Assembly (NCBI RefSeq): GCF_018977255.1 | Contig: NW_024704742.1 | Location: forward strand, 16,928,001-16,992,000 | DNA: 64,000 nt | Reading direction: 5' to 3' | From: Callorhinchus milii | Lineage: Eukaryota | Shown: piece after piece, positions 1 to 13,527 of the stretch | Layout: every line of letters begins with the position of its first letter | How positions within the stretch are numbered: position 1 is the stretch's first letter | Translations under genes and position numbers: made by a program | The notes under the pieces: model-generated | The model's database searches: none | What the model was told of the DNA's origin: nothing | What the model saw: only the letters and a program-made list of their open reading frames with translations

Positions 1-451
1 TTAAAAAGAATAAAATGAAATTTCCCCCATAAAATTAAATTGGGAAGGAATCTTTTCTTTTACCTCACAAATCTCAATGCTCACCTCTGAAATATAGCTC
101 TATTCCTCAGCCAAGGATCACTAAAGTCTTCATTCATGTGTGGAAAGCACAGTGCTTTGCACTTATTTGCCAGATACTAGCTTTAAAAATAATTTGAAAG
201 TAAAAAATTAAAATTACAGAATTGTTCTAAGTGACTACAAATGGGTGAAAATGGGTTACATTAAAAACAAGTGTGATTGTTTCTCTGAAAAAGTTGGAAA
301 GAGATATCCTGAAATTTCTGCACTGCTCCTCAATTATCACCAGCAATAATTAAGGAACAGAATGCATTCAGGAATATCACAATTTAGACTTCACATCATG
401 AAAACAGGTGGAGTACATATATGCAAAGTGCCAACTTTTCTTAGCATGTAG

Positions 452-612
452 ACCATTTTGTTTTAAAATGTAAGATTACGCAGTTGTGGAAAATTCTTCA
501 ATCCAGTCTTAGTTTCAAAGCCGTTTAAAACCTGCAGAAATTGAGCTTCCAAATTAAGACTGGATTTAAGAATTTTTACAATTCTGTCTGATCTTAAATT
601 TTAAATTACAAT
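452..612. mobile_element. Palindromic MITE-like element, copy 1
   Basis: tttaaaatgtaagatt...aaaattcttcaatccagtcttagtttcaaagc is the imperfect reverse complement of gcttccaaattaagactggatttaagaattttt...atcttaaattttaaa. Confidence 0.75.
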
Positions 613-3600
613 TATAAATTGTCATCACAGCATATAATGTCGAGAACGATAAACAGGCTAAAATTAAGTACCAATTCTGAGCCTATGGATTTACAAGTAA
701 AATAACTCTGGTAATTCTGCTTTGTTCAATACATTCAGTGAATTCATCAATGTGTGCTCATAGATAACTGTAAACTTTAAAGGTAACATTGAATTAGTTA
801 TTTATCAATATAAAAATCATCAATTTAGTAGGTGGACCAGTCTTCATTTTCAATATTTTTTACTTTCTGTAATTGAGGTACATTTGTACTGCACTGAGAG
901 AAAGATACACAAAAGATAACAATTTCATGGTTAATAGAAATTCATGTTGATTGTGCCATTTGTCTAAAATTATTGGAATATTCAACCTTATAATACATTT
1001 TTCATGTATATCCCTGTCTGGAACCCACCCCCCACCCCTCCCCCTGGAGGGGGAGATATTAGTTTTTGTTGTTTATCAACGATATTGGATCAATATCTGC
1101 TTCCACAATCCATGAGCTGCGTCTGTTTCTTCAAGATTAAAGGGAGCAACTTTATTCTAATAATGAAGCCTATGAAAGGTTAATGATTTACTGTAACAGA
1201 GATAGGAAAATCAGTCAGACACATTTGTACACTGCTAGACTGACTTCCTTCCTCATAATAACGTGTGTTGGTTCCTTCGAGCTCCAATTTTGTTTCAAGC
1301 ACAGCATTTCTGCCATTGATTTTATATACAGATCTCTTCCAGAGAAGCTCATTCACTTACACTGCTCTGTTCTTGTCTCACTCACTCCAAAACAGGTTCC
1401 ATTTTGCTGAGCAAATGCAATAATTCATTCATTTTAATGTTAAAAAAGTAACAATATTTTGTGAATCTGCAATTTCAGTTTTGCATAAAATTACATTTGC
1501 ATTGCTTACCTTTATATAAAGAATATAAGGCTTCCATTCTCTGCCCATGGTACACTACAATCAATAAGACTGGAGTCAGCAAAGAAGCAAATTGATCAGA
1601 CAGTTCACTTCATGAGTGTAAAATATTGATTGAAGGTTTTTGACTGCAGTAAATTGGAATATCAGGCTGATTCTGTTCTAACACTGGTGAAGGTGATCTA
1701 AATATCTAACATTCAACTAATGTTTGGGTTTCAAACACAATTACTTTTCTAGTTCCCCTGGGGGTGTTGTCTTTAGCTCATGAAGATTCTGCCAGCAGTC
1801 CATTGCAAATGGCAGGATGTTGCCCTGCGATTGATTTATAGGAGCTCCTCTAGGAGTCAATCAGGTCCACATGACTCCAGGTTCCTGCTGATGGCAGACC
1901 AGCCTGATTGGCTCAACAGCAGCACTTGGAGGGTCATTCGCTGGGGCAGGCATTCTTCTTACTTGGGAAGCCTGTTAGACAGTGCTACCAATGGCAAACT
2001 CTGTGGTTTAAGCTTGTTAACCCCAAGCAATGTCCTAGTTCACATTATTAATCCCTAAATCATGGCTCTTGCCAACCTGCACCTAGTACTCTCCAGAATT
2101 AGGGAAACAGATTATATCTCTCCAGAGAGAGAATACACATTCCATTCCAGACACAGGACAATTCTCATGCATTGGTTTGTATACTCTTAAGCATGTTGAT
2201 GGGTGTGTCAGAATGTGTCAGAAATCCAGCAAGAGTTAGGACTTGGCGACCTCAGAGTATGCATTGGGGTACTGTTGGAGTTTAACCGGTTAAAAATGCA
2301 TATCTTGCCATTGAGAGCACACTATAACATGCTTCTTTCTGCCTGTACAGTTAGGACCGCCCTACCCATTAGGACTTTGGCTTGCAGGGTTAATATTATA
2401 TAAATTCACTTAAAGTTATGATGATGAAACTCCTGTCATACTGGAATAAGAACCTCATTATATTTTTAAATATTGTATTTATAAAATTGAAGGTTTGCGG
2501 CTGTATTAACAGCAGCTCTAAGTAGGTGTCATTTGAGCAGGTGTTCTGCGCCAGCTTTGGAGGTCAAAAGTCAGGAGCCAAGGGCAAAGAACCTGAAAAT
2601 ACATTAGCACAGACACAGTCGTGTTTGTGCTGCTGAACCTCGTTTAACAACTTGCCACATATCTATCTTCAATCATCTCATGACCCTCAGTTTTATCATC
2701 GCACAGTTTTATCATCCTTTAGTTCATAATTCAAGCAATTATGAGAAAGTGAATTTCTTGTGAACAGGTATGCAAAGAGAAAAGAAGGAAATTGGTGGTC
2801 CATAAGGATATGTAAGCTGTGTGCTCCCATGTCCTATTAATAACCAATTACTATGTTATAGACATCTCAAAACTGACACTTTAAAAGGCTGGTGAAAGAA
2901 AAGAGAGAAGATGTGTACATCGTCCTTGCGGATGTAATTAGGAATGTTCAATGGATGGGGCAATTTCAGGACTGACATTTGTGGGTTAATGAGCTATGGC
3001 AATTTCACCCAAGTATAACTGCTATGTTTCCTTCTATATGATCTGGCAAAATACAATTTTATTGTTTCAATAATCCTTCTTATAGATGTTTACTATTTAC
3101 TAAACTAAATCAGAGCCGTTTACAAAGTAAAAGAGAAAATAAATCACATCTGTTCAAAACTTCTAAAGGTCTGTTAAGGGTAAGCACACTATCCTTTCGT
3201 CACTGGGACATGAGCTTGACTCCATCTAACATTGTTGGGCTATAAAAATCTTTCACTTCTTTTGGCTGTAAACTGTATGCACTTGAACAAGCAGTCGCAA
3301 CCCAGCTCTGCATTCTAACACTGGCCACAATTTAGCACAAGTTGACCATAAGGACGAAAATGCGATATTTGCAAATGTCACAGACTGCAAGTTGCAAACT
3401 ATTTTGGACATTCCATTTAGCTTGTCACACTGAATGCCTATAAAGTAGCAAATCTCACCCATATATTGATAATGTGTGCAACAATAATCATTGCTGGATT
3501 ATTGCTGTACTTTGTCTAGCGGTAAATTTTATTTTCTTACCCTGTAAACTCAATTGTTTGCTGCTGCTTATCATAGGATTTTACAAAGATGACTCAACTT

Positions 3601-4320
3601 GATTTCATTACTGATTCCTAATGGACAAAAGTGTTGTCCACAGATCCCCCCCACCCAGTGATATATAATTTAAACATGTTTCACCCACTTTACAATATAG
3701 TCTGTGAAGTTCTTTGAGACAGCTCAACGATATGATAAGGTGCTATATCAAATACAAGGATTATTATTATAACATCTCTAAAGGTGAGAATGCCTTCAGT
3801 TTAAGTTCATAGTGACTGAGTATTTGTAGCTGATATAATAATAATCCATATGTTTTATACAGCACATTTCACAGTGAGAAGACGTCTCAAAGAGCTTCAC
3901 AGCAGTAAAGTGCAATGACTGGACATAATTGTAGGCCAATGCAGACACAGCAATGTCCAACAAACAATACCACAATCATAACAGCCGGATGTCAGACACA
4001 GACAAAAGAAGTGATTTTAACCTGCAGTAAAAAGCAGTTTAATTTGGATGAGTTTTAAAATCTCCATTCCAGTGAACTTGTAAGAAATTACCATGCTTGT
4101 TTCAGACAATTTATTTGTTCTAATAGATTGTTCACCTGCTGAACTGAGAAACTGCAACACAAATGTGTCAACATCACTTATTCATCTTGCATGTTATTTT
4201 GTCGGCTTGTCAGAACAACCACTGATTTAACCAACGTTTTAATAATAGAAATCTGAGGCTGGAGTAAACATATCTTGCGTTTTAAAGAAACTACCTGACA
4301 ATAATGGATCTCAAACCATT

Positions 4321-4413
4321 TATAATTATAGTACCCACATAATATATAATTATATAATTATAGTACCCATATAATATAATTATATAAATGTAGTACCCAT
4401 ATAATATAATTAT
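4321..4413. repeat. AT-rich minisatellite, ~30 bp unit x3
   Basis: tataattatagtacccatataatataatta repeated three times with small variants. Confidence 0.9.
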
Positions 4414-5531
4414 TTGCTGTGGACTGTATCCACAGGCTGTCCTATACTGCTACATTTTGAGAATGAGAAAGGATTCTAATTCTAGGGAGTCAATATTTTG
4501 CTTGGTGACCAATTTATCAACCTTAATAATAATAATCCTTGCATTTGATATAGTGCCTTAATCACGTCTTCCAGATGTCTCAAAGCGCTTCACAGAATAT
4601 ACTGTAAAGTTAATTGACAGTATATTTCATATGCAAAACCTTGTTGGTGATTCAGAATTATTATTTGGCATTGGTGTGAGGTAGGGGCAGATATAGGCAA
4701 TGTGATGGAGGTGAAGGAAAGCTGTTTTAATCAGGGTGAATGTAAGGTAGGAAGGACAACTGAGGATCGAACCAGATTCTAAGATTGCTCAATGATTCAG
4801 TGAGCTTGAGAGAGAGGTCACAGATGGAGGTGAGGAAATGTTGATATGACCTTTGACAGTGTACATTTATAATGGGATCTTAGTCCACAAATACTACAGG
4901 AAGCAAACACTGCAAGAAAACAATATATTTATCAACTAGCGGAGAACAAGCTCCCTAGTTGTATCACTGTGTTATGATCAGAGGTTAGTGAGGAAGTCTT
5001 AAAGTGCTTGTAGCTTTTTTTTGTCTGTGGAGCCAGAGGAAAGAGTGTTATCAACTCAGCCAAACTCATTGCAACCAACCAAATGACCCCTGGACTAGGG
5101 ATGGTAAAGATCGTGTTGCTGTAATGCCAAACCCATTCATGCCCTTCTATATATTCCTGCCATCAGCCAAGCTTTTCCCTGCTCCTGAGGCCCCAAATTC
5201 CAGTCTTAATTGTTCCAGGTGGAATTTCAGGCTTCTGACTGTCATTTTATGACCCCTACTGGAACTTGCATGTGAGGACAGGATTGAACAGGAACCTGGG
5301 GCCCTCATGTGGCTGAATAATATATCAACACTCAATAACCAAAAATCCTCCTGATAAAGTGACCATTAATTTTGTGGCCATTCATAGGGCTGGGTGCATA
5401 TGGATTATCATCTTCACCTACAAACAGAGATATTACACTTAATAGTAATTCTTGTAAAGAGTTTTGCGATATTTGAACATTATAGGCACTATTTGGAATT
5501 CAAAGGAATCCTGTTGTAACTTCCTCCGATA

Positions 5532-5865
5532 TAATAAGAATAATAATCTTTGCATTTGATATAGCGCCTTATCACATCTTCGATACATCTCAAAGCGCTT
5601 CACAGAATATACTGTAAAGTGAATTAACTGTATATTTTGTGGGCAAAATGCGGCAGCTAATTGCGTACAGCAGTGTCCCACAAACAGTCGTGGATTGAAG
5701 TGACCTATTTACTTCTATTGAAGGAATAATTACCCCCGAAAAGGCAATACACCAATCAACTAACAACTGGGTTCTTACATACTGCTTAGTAAACAGAGGC
5801 GTGTGGAGTAAGGAAACTTGCCCAACATTTTGCCCCACCGGTGAATTGAGCAACAGGACTCCACA
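5532..5865 (-). mobile_element. tRNA-derived SINE, long subfamily, head partly deleted
   Basis: Reverse complement of the 6390-6760 family. Confidence 0.85.
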
Positions 5866-6389
5866 ACTACAGGATATGGCATGGCCTTGCTTACAGCACA
5901 GGTCTCCTATGAATTGTGCTAACTGAAAGCATGTAATATTTGGTTTCTGGCACTGACCAACTGACTTCGCTCACTAAAAAGTGTCCTTGGTCCAGGTCAT
6001 CAAGTTATCATTGACATCACTTCCTTGTGTTGCATATAATGTCACTTCCTGAAGGAAATTATGTTAATAGCAACCTGAAGATCCAATAGTTGGTCATATT
6101 TTATGTTTCACCTATAATACAGCTGCAGAAACATTGGACCACCCCCCCCCAACCCCAACAACCTTATAATAGAACTTCCCTGTATTATAATTTTGAGGTG
6201 GAAATATGATGAATGACCACTTGGGTGAGGAATCAGCCAAGTTACCGATGATCACAGAACATACTCCAGCAAGTGTCACTGTCTTAAACCCAACAGAACA
6301 TTTGGGGGGAATGGAGGGGGATAAAGACAGCTTTAGAACTTTTTTCCCCAATAAAGTTCACAAGCTACAAGATCAGCATTCTGTTGGTC

Positions 6390-6760
6390 TTTCAGTCTAG
6401 GTGTATTAGTGGTTAGGGCGAGTCACCTCGAAAGCAAGAGGACACGGGTTTGATTCCCAGGCAAGGTAAAAACCCTAGGCAAGTTTCCTTACTCCACACA
6501 CCTCTGTTTACCTAGCAGTAAGTAGGAACCTGATTCTTAGTCGATTGATGGAATCGCTTTCCGGAAATAATAATCGCTCCAAAAAAAATGTGGTCACTCA
6601 ATCCACGACTGTTAGTGGGACACAGCTGTGTGCAATTGCTGCTGCATTTCACCTACAAAATACACCATCGATCCATTTTACAACATATTCTGTGAAGCGC
6701 TTTGAGACGTCTCAACCGCATGGTAAGGCGCTTTATCAAATGCAAGAATTATTATTAATA
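6390..6760 (+). mobile_element. tRNA-derived SINE, long subfamily (extra ~60 bp central segment)
   Basis: Same head and tail as above plus tctgtttacctagcagtaagtaggaacc...tagtcgattg between them. Confidence 0.85.
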
Positions 6761-7734
6761 ATTTCTTAGAAATCTAATGGGTCAGAAGCATATCATCAAC
6801 CTAAACTAACCAAATAAGGGAAGTGGCACATTTACCTAAAAAAAAACAATAAAAAAGCATTTATAGGGTGCCGTTCACGCAGGATAGCATCTCTGAGAGT
6901 TACACAGTGATGAGGTTGGACGCTGAGCAAAGTAATAATATTGATAATCCTTGTATTTGATATAGCATCTTATCATGTCTTCAAGACTTCTCAAGGTGCT
7001 TCACACAATATACTGTAAAGTGAATTGACTGTATATTTTGTGAGTGAAGATAAAAGATGGGTGGTAACCATAACTACATTTTCTCAGAGAAAGCTTTTTC
7101 CTCTGACCTCAAATGAAATTCTCATATCTTTTCCGTTAACAAAGTAACTTCTGAGAAGCTTGTGTTTCTCTTTTGTGTGAAACATTTCCTTCTATTCGCC
7201 AACCTCAGGGTAACAAAATGACATGTCAGGGACTCTGAGATGCCTAAACCACTTGATGTGAATCACCACTTGCTGGAGTTTCTTAAAGCATTCCTGAACA
7301 AAATTAAGGAACTACGGAACACCACAAATTTAACCCCATTGTTCTGAGAATTAAGGCTCTTAACTTTTTTGACTGGGAACCACATTGGCTTTGGTTCAGT
7401 CTGTCAGAGACCTAGTCTTGATTGTTTCCCTCAGGATCTCTGTCAGCATTTCACAAACCCGATGCCTTGTCTCTTTAGCAAATTAATCATATGTTCCTAG
7501 AAAATAGAGAGAAAGAGCCTTGATGGTACAATGAATAGAGCTGCAGCTTATGGACCAGGATCTTGTTGGTTCAAATCCCAGTCTGTTCTACATTTGTTGG
7601 TCTTAGCTGGAGCTGGATGGAGAGTTTAAGTTGGTTTCAGCCTCCCAGAGTTAGGGAAGAGAAAACTAGCCATAGTAACGGGAAGGGTGGTCCTAGCTGG
7701 AAAAGCAGCAGGAAATCTTGCCAGAAAGCAATAT

Positions 7735-8015
7735 CAATGGCAAGCTATGCGGTTTTAGTTGGTTAGACTCCAGTAATACCCCATGCACACTTTAGGGTGC
7801 CAAGCCTTGGCTCTCATCAACCAGTGCCTAATACTTTCCAGAATTAGGTAAGCAGGATGCATCCCTCCTGGGAGGGAGTGCGCATTCCATTCCAACAATC
7901 TATCTTTGGGATTTCCATGTATAGGTGGGATGCATGGAATTCTCAGCTTGATTTGAATACTCTTAAGCATGGTGATGGGTTTCCACATGTGTCAGGCGCC
8001 TGGCACACCCAAAAA
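7735..8015 (+). repeat. Unclassified ~280 bp interspersed repeat (copies ~1985-2220, 29020-29140 minus, 30030-30180, 31790-32050 minus, 32305-32505, 55700-55965 minus)
   Basis: Shared core ttccatgt.taggtgggatg.atgga.t.tctcag.ttggtttggatactcttaagcatggtgatgggtttcc.catgtgtcagacacc in seven places, both orientations. Confidence 0.8.
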
Positions 8016-8970
8016 AATCTGGTGCCTCCACAGTACCCTCAACTGGTTGTGCACATGTGTAGTAGTTGGGTGGGAAGAGGTCAACATCGGTCGAGATGTC
8101 CTCCATTCTCACTGTCAAAGCTCACACATGAGAAATTGACGATAGGGTGGGGTACTGACTGGAGAACAACCAGCATCCATGGAACTACACCTCACCAACA
8201 GCTGACCTGAACAGGAGCAGAGAGGCATGTGTCAATGGGGAGAAAAATAATTGGAAACTACTTTTTTTTTAAATCACAGCCAGTTTTAAGATAGGATTTA
8301 GCACGAAATAAACTGTTTTACCCCAGTCACAAAGTCAGCTGAGTTAAGAATAAAGGAGTTATAATCATGTCACAAAATGAATAAGTTGCAGACACACAGT
8401 GGAGACAGCAGAGAGAATCAGATCTCTGCGGTTTGGACCCAGGAGCAATTTTCTGACAAATCCTTTTGATACGCCAGACTAATTAATTCCACAGTGTAAT
8501 TCAAACAACCAATTTCCAACAAAAGTGGCTGATTTATATGCTAATAGATATGAAAACAGTATTTCTTGTAAAAAAAAACATCACTGCGAGGTTCTGACTA
8601 CCTGGTGTGTAGGTGAATATTAAAGATCCCATGGCACTGTTTCTGAAAAGAACAGAGTACCCCCAATGGATGAAATGATGGCTGTTTGTGCTATATTGCT
8701 GCTACAAATTATCTGCCACATTTACCTCCATCGTAAGAGTGCACTTCACTTTAGAAAGCAACTCATCGTATGAAGTGGATTGTGGCCAAATGAAGCAATG
8801 GGGAGTGTTACTTTATAATTAAATTAAATTCTATGATAATAATGAGCCATACATTTGCAATAGGGCCTTTCACATTGTGAGAACATGCCAAAGTGCTTCA
8901 CAGGATATATTGTAAAGTGCAATAACTGTATATTTTGTGGGCGAACTCTTCAGTCAAATTCTAATATGGG

Positions 8971-10491
8971 AACAACACAACAACAACAACAAGATTCCAT
9001 TTATAGAGTGCCTTTCACGTCGGGAGGACGTCCCAAGGCGCTGTACAGTTGGGACAGGAACCAAGCAGGGGGGAAATGGTCAGGGTGAGGGGAGGGAAGG
9101 AAGGGAGCGAGGAGGGGGTAGAGAGTCGAGAGGGGAGCTGAAGGCACGGTCAAAGAAAAAGGTCTTGGGACCAGCCTTGAAGGAGGAAAGGGAGGAAGCA
9201 AGGCGAAGGCACTGGGGGATAGAGTTCCAGAACCTAGGGGCTGAGGGGCTGAAGGCCCGGCCACCGATGGTAGGGCGGTTGGGGCGGGGGATGTGGAGCA
9301 GACTGGAGCAAGAGGAATGGAGGGTACAGGCAGATAAGTAGGGGGATAGTAGGTCGGAGAGGTAGGAGGGAGCAAGGCCGTGAATGGCCTTGTAGGTGAG
9401 GATGAGGATCTTGAATTCGATCCTCTGGGGGATGGGAAGCCAGTGGAGGCGAGCGAGGGTGGGAGTGATGAAATCCCGAAGCCTGGTGCGGGACAGTACA
9501 CGAGCTGCAGAGTTCTGAATGACCTGCAGCTTGTGGAGGGAGGTGCCGGGAAGGCCGGCGAGGAGAGAGTTCCCATAGTCCAGCCTTGAGGTGATAAAGG
9601 CGTGGACCAGAGTTTCAGCAGCGTGAGGGGTGAGGTAGTGCCGTAGTCTGGCGATGTTCCGGAGGTGATGGAAGGCGGTGCCAGGTGTGGCGCGGATATG
9701 AGGGAGAAAGGACAGCTCAGGGTCGAACAGAACACCGAGGTTCCTGACTGGCTTTGAGAGGTGGAGAGCGCAGCCTTGGATTCTGATGCTGTCAGCGCCA
9801 GAGGTGCGGAGGCGCTGATGCGAGCCAATCAGGCGGGCCTCAGTTTTACGCACGTTGAGCTGAAGAAAGTTGTCTCTCGTCCAGGACTCAATGTCAGACA
9901 GGCAGGCTGTCAGGACATTGGTGGTCTTGGAGTTGAGAGTAGAGGAGGAAAGGTAAAGTAGGGTGTCATCCGCATACATGTGGAAGTTAACCCAATGTCT
10001 GCGGATGATGTCACCAAGGGGGAGCATATAGAGGGTGAAGAGAGGGGACCGAGGACAGAGCCCTGAGGGACACCGCACGAGACAGTGCGGGGACTGGAGG
10101 AAAAGCCGTTCGTGGAAAGAAAGTGAAGACGGTGGGAGAGGTACGACCTAACCATTCAAGGACAGGGCCTTGAAGGTTGAGGTGGGAGGACAAGCGATGG
10201 AGGAGGATAGCGTGGTCGACCATATCGAATGCTGCCAATAGGTCGAGGAGGATGAGGAGGCAGAGGAAGCCCTGGTTGCAGATGGTCAGGATGTCATTGG
10301 TGATCTTGACCAGGGCAGTTTCTGTGCTATGGGCAGCACGAAAACCCGACTGAAGGGGTTCGAATAATGAATGGATGGAGAGGAAAGAGCGTAGCTGGGA
10401 GGCAACAACTCTTTCAAGCACGTTGGACAGGAAGGGTAGGTTGGAGATGGGCTGGTAGCTTGATAGTTGTGACGCATCAAGGGAGGGTTTT
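8971..10491 (-). mobile_element. 5'-truncated L2-clade LINE (RT C-terminal part plus 3' UTR), frameshifted; subfamily A
   Basis: ORFs 10011-10421 and 9080-10078 contain [30 protein letters not shown] (other frame), YADDT and [15 protein letters not shown]; 3' stem-loop and (TTG)n tail at ~8971-9040. Confidence 0.92.
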
Positions 10492-10951
10492 GCCTTTCTT
10501 TTTCTTAAGTGCCATTGTGAGAGCTGGCATTATGTTTTATCTGCACACAGTAATATATTGCACTGAACTGTGGGTCATGGTTTGTCACTTGTTTCAAATC
10601 AGGAAAAGAATCCCATCTGGTCCAAAAGTAAATGAATAGTGGCGCTCCCCAATGCTTCACTGAGTTTATTCAGTATGGAAGTTCTCAGGTTCATTCCTGA
10701 GTCTCTATTGGCTTCGGTTATCTCAATCAGGATAGTAACAGATGCACTGCAATTCGTCTTATAGCCATAGATTAAGAGGAGGTCTCAATCTAGTGACCCT
10801 TCTGAGCATATGTGGATGGTGCCTGAGGATTGGATGAAGCCCAGCTGCCACTGACTAACTGGTCCCACAATTTGGTCAATTGTATTTGACAGCAATTGGC
10901 ACCTATGAGCTCAGGAGATGAAACTGAGACCTTCACATGAGGAAAGTCTAT

Positions 10952-11932
10952 ATACAATCTATATCGATGATTTAGATAACTAAATAGAACTTAACATATT
11001 TAAATTCGCAGACGATACAAAGATAGGTGGGGGAGTAAGCTGTGAAGATGACACACGAAGAATGCAAGGGGAAATAGACAGGCTAGGTGAGTGGGCAAGA
11101 AGGTGACTGATGAGTATAACATGGGGAAGTGTGAAGTTATTCACCTAGGAAGTAAAAATAGAAAAACAAATTATTTTCTAGAGGCGGAGAGACTAGGTAG
11201 TCTTCGTATTCAAAGATATTTGGATGTCCTTATACACGAGTCACAAAATATAGCAGACAGGTACAGCAAGCAACGAGGAAGGCTAATACCATGTTGGCAT
11301 TCGTTGCAAAAGGGTTAGAGTACAAGAGTATGGAAGTCTTGCTGCAGTTGTATAAGGCCTTGGTGAGACCGTACCTAGAATATTGTGTGCAGTTTTGGTC
11401 TCCTTATTTAAGAAAGGACATACTCGCCTTAGAGGGGGTGCAGCGCAGATTCATTAAGTTGGTTCCTGGGATGAGGGAGTTGACCTATGAGGATAGGTTG
11501 AGTAAACTAGGCCTATATTCTCTAGAATATAGAAGAATTAGAAGTGATCTTATAGAAACCTATAAGATTCTTAAGGGTCTTGACAGGGTAGATGCCGTGA
11601 GACTGTTTCCCCTGGTTGGAGAATCTAAAACTAGGGGTCATAGTCTCAAGATTAAGGGTCAGCCTTTTCGAACTGAGTTGAGGAAACATTTCATCACTCA
11701 GAGGGCAGTGAATTTGTGGAATTCTCTACCCCAGAATGCTGTGGATGCTCAGTCCTTGAACATATTCAAGACTGAGGTGATAGATTTCTAAAGAATAGAG
11801 GGATTAAGGGCTATGGGGATAGGGCAGGTAAATGGAATTAGGTTAGAAGATCAGCCATGATCTTACTAAATGGCGGGGTAGGCCTAAGGGGCTGAATGGC
11901 CTACTCGTGCCCTTACGTCTTATGGTCTTATG
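10952..11932 (+). mobile_element. 5'-truncated CR1 LINE, nested in an older SINE
   Basis: TIYIDDLD/FADDTK region, KCEVIHLG, LYKALVRPYLEYCVQFWSP, TRGHSLK, NLWNSLP (ORF 11291-11791); CR1-type 3' UTR GGGCTGAATGGCCTACT with short tcttatg repeats. Confidence 0.92.
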
Positions 11933-12329
11933 GAAAGGGAGGAGAGACTATTGGTGGAACAAAATGGCAAAGGATTTTTTTTTTAAAATGTGATTTTTTT
12001 TCAGTAACTGAATGTTCCAGTTAAATATAGTCCTGCGTTTTTTTTAGTCCAGAGAAAATTAAGGGCTTCCTAAATGAGTGTAATTGTTTGTGTCAATCAT
12101 TGATCAAGGAACAGCTTTCTCAATATAACTGCCTGGTATCTATGGGCCTGAATGCTGCAGAGTACTTGCTCAGAATAAATGAAGGCAAATGTGATTATCT
12201 TGCACTGTGTGGAGACGAGTGAAATAACTAGGAAAGTTGGTGTGGTGGCTTCAGGCTAATTAAAGCACTGTGATTCCTTACTTTCCAGTTTTAATTCTTA
12301 CATATCAGCATTTTCACTTTGTCTCTTTC

Positions 12330-13240
12330 CATGGCTTCTCCTCCTGTCCCCGCACAATAACACGTGGCTCTATCCACGGTCTTTTCCTCTATGATCTCTT
12401 TTGGTGACTGTAGACATGGGGTTCATTTCCACATATACACAGATAACACCCAAACATATGTCTCTGCTTCTAGACTTGATTCCAGGACCACTGCTGTTCT
12501 GCCTGTCAGACATCAAGTCCTAGATGAGTTCTAACTTTTTATAGTTCAATGCCAACGAGACTGAGGCCCTCAACCTTCTCATCTCAGTCCCTGACTGCAT
12601 CGATTTGCACTGATACTCATTCAATCTAACCTTACATCTAGGCTCTCACGAGCTCTGCTTTCCCTCATCTTCACAGCATTGCCTCCCTTCACCATTGTCT
12701 CTCCACTCAGGCTGCTGAGACCTACACCATGCATTTTATCACCTCTCGGCTCAACTATTCTAACATTCTGTTTGCTAGATTCCCAGTTCCTCCCTAAACT
12801 GCAGACCATTCAGAACCTTGAAGCCTTTGTCCTCTCCCACACAAGCCTCCATGAGCCTATCACTGCTTTTTGTTCTACCTTTCAAATCCTCGCCCCACCG
12901 AATCTCAGCAATCCCCTATGAATAGACACCCCTGGCTGTACCTTCCTCTCAGCAAACATCAAGCTGCTTTATGTCTCCCACTTGCTTGCCCACCATCAGT
13001 GGATAATCTTTCAACCATTCTGCCACTCCTCTCTGAAACTCTATACAGAATCCCTCCATCTTGCCCTCTTTTTTCTTGTCTTCAAAACTCAATTAAAACC
13101 TTTTCTTCAACCATGCATTTGACAACCTTTCACCCACCCCACCTATGCATCCCACTCCAGCTCAGTTTTGTGAAGTGCTTTGAGACTTCTGATGAGAAAT
13201 GTGCTATATTGCTATATAAATGTACATTGTTGTTTCTAAT
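12330..13240 (+). mobile_element. Old, highly decayed L2 fragment
   Basis: Remnants matching the younger L2 copies (gtagacatggggttcatttccacatatacacagataacacccaa = RHGV.FH.YADDTQ; ctgcagaccattcagaac; L2-type tail gtgaagtgctttgagac). Confidence 0.7.
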
Positions 13241-13289
13241 ATTATTAAAGGACTGAATTTGCAATTGATGCCTTTGCAATTTTAAACAG

Positions 13290-13490
13290 GATTCCTGAAT
13301 TAAGATTAGCATAGATGTATTTAATGGGAAGCTAGATATATACATGAGAGAGAATGGAATAGAAGGTTATGCTTGAAGGCTTAGTTGAGGAAGGGCCGGA
13401 GGAGGCTCATGTAGAGCATAAACACCGACATAGACCAGTTGGGCCGAATGGCCTGTTTCTGTGCTGTATATTCTAATGTATTCTAATGTA
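13290..13490 (+). mobile_element. CR1 3' tail fragment
   Basis: gggccgaatggcctgtttctgtgctgta followed by (ttctaatgta)2; similar fragments at ~34330-34490, 42790-42965 and 60590-60745. Confidence 0.7.
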
Positions 13491-13527
13491 AGAGGAAACT
13501 TGACATCTACATGAAGGAAAAGTGAAT

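Noticed and set aside
1..8900. Short ORFs (60-117 aa) in the distal intergenic region
   Set aside because: No domain similarity or exon-like structure; many overlap SINEs and other repeats.
9001..9828. Long Ser/Pro-rich ORFs (also 37740-38567) and Gly/Arg-rich antisense ORFs
   Set aside because: They are alternative frames of C-rich L2 sequence; recurrence reflects repeat copies, not selection.
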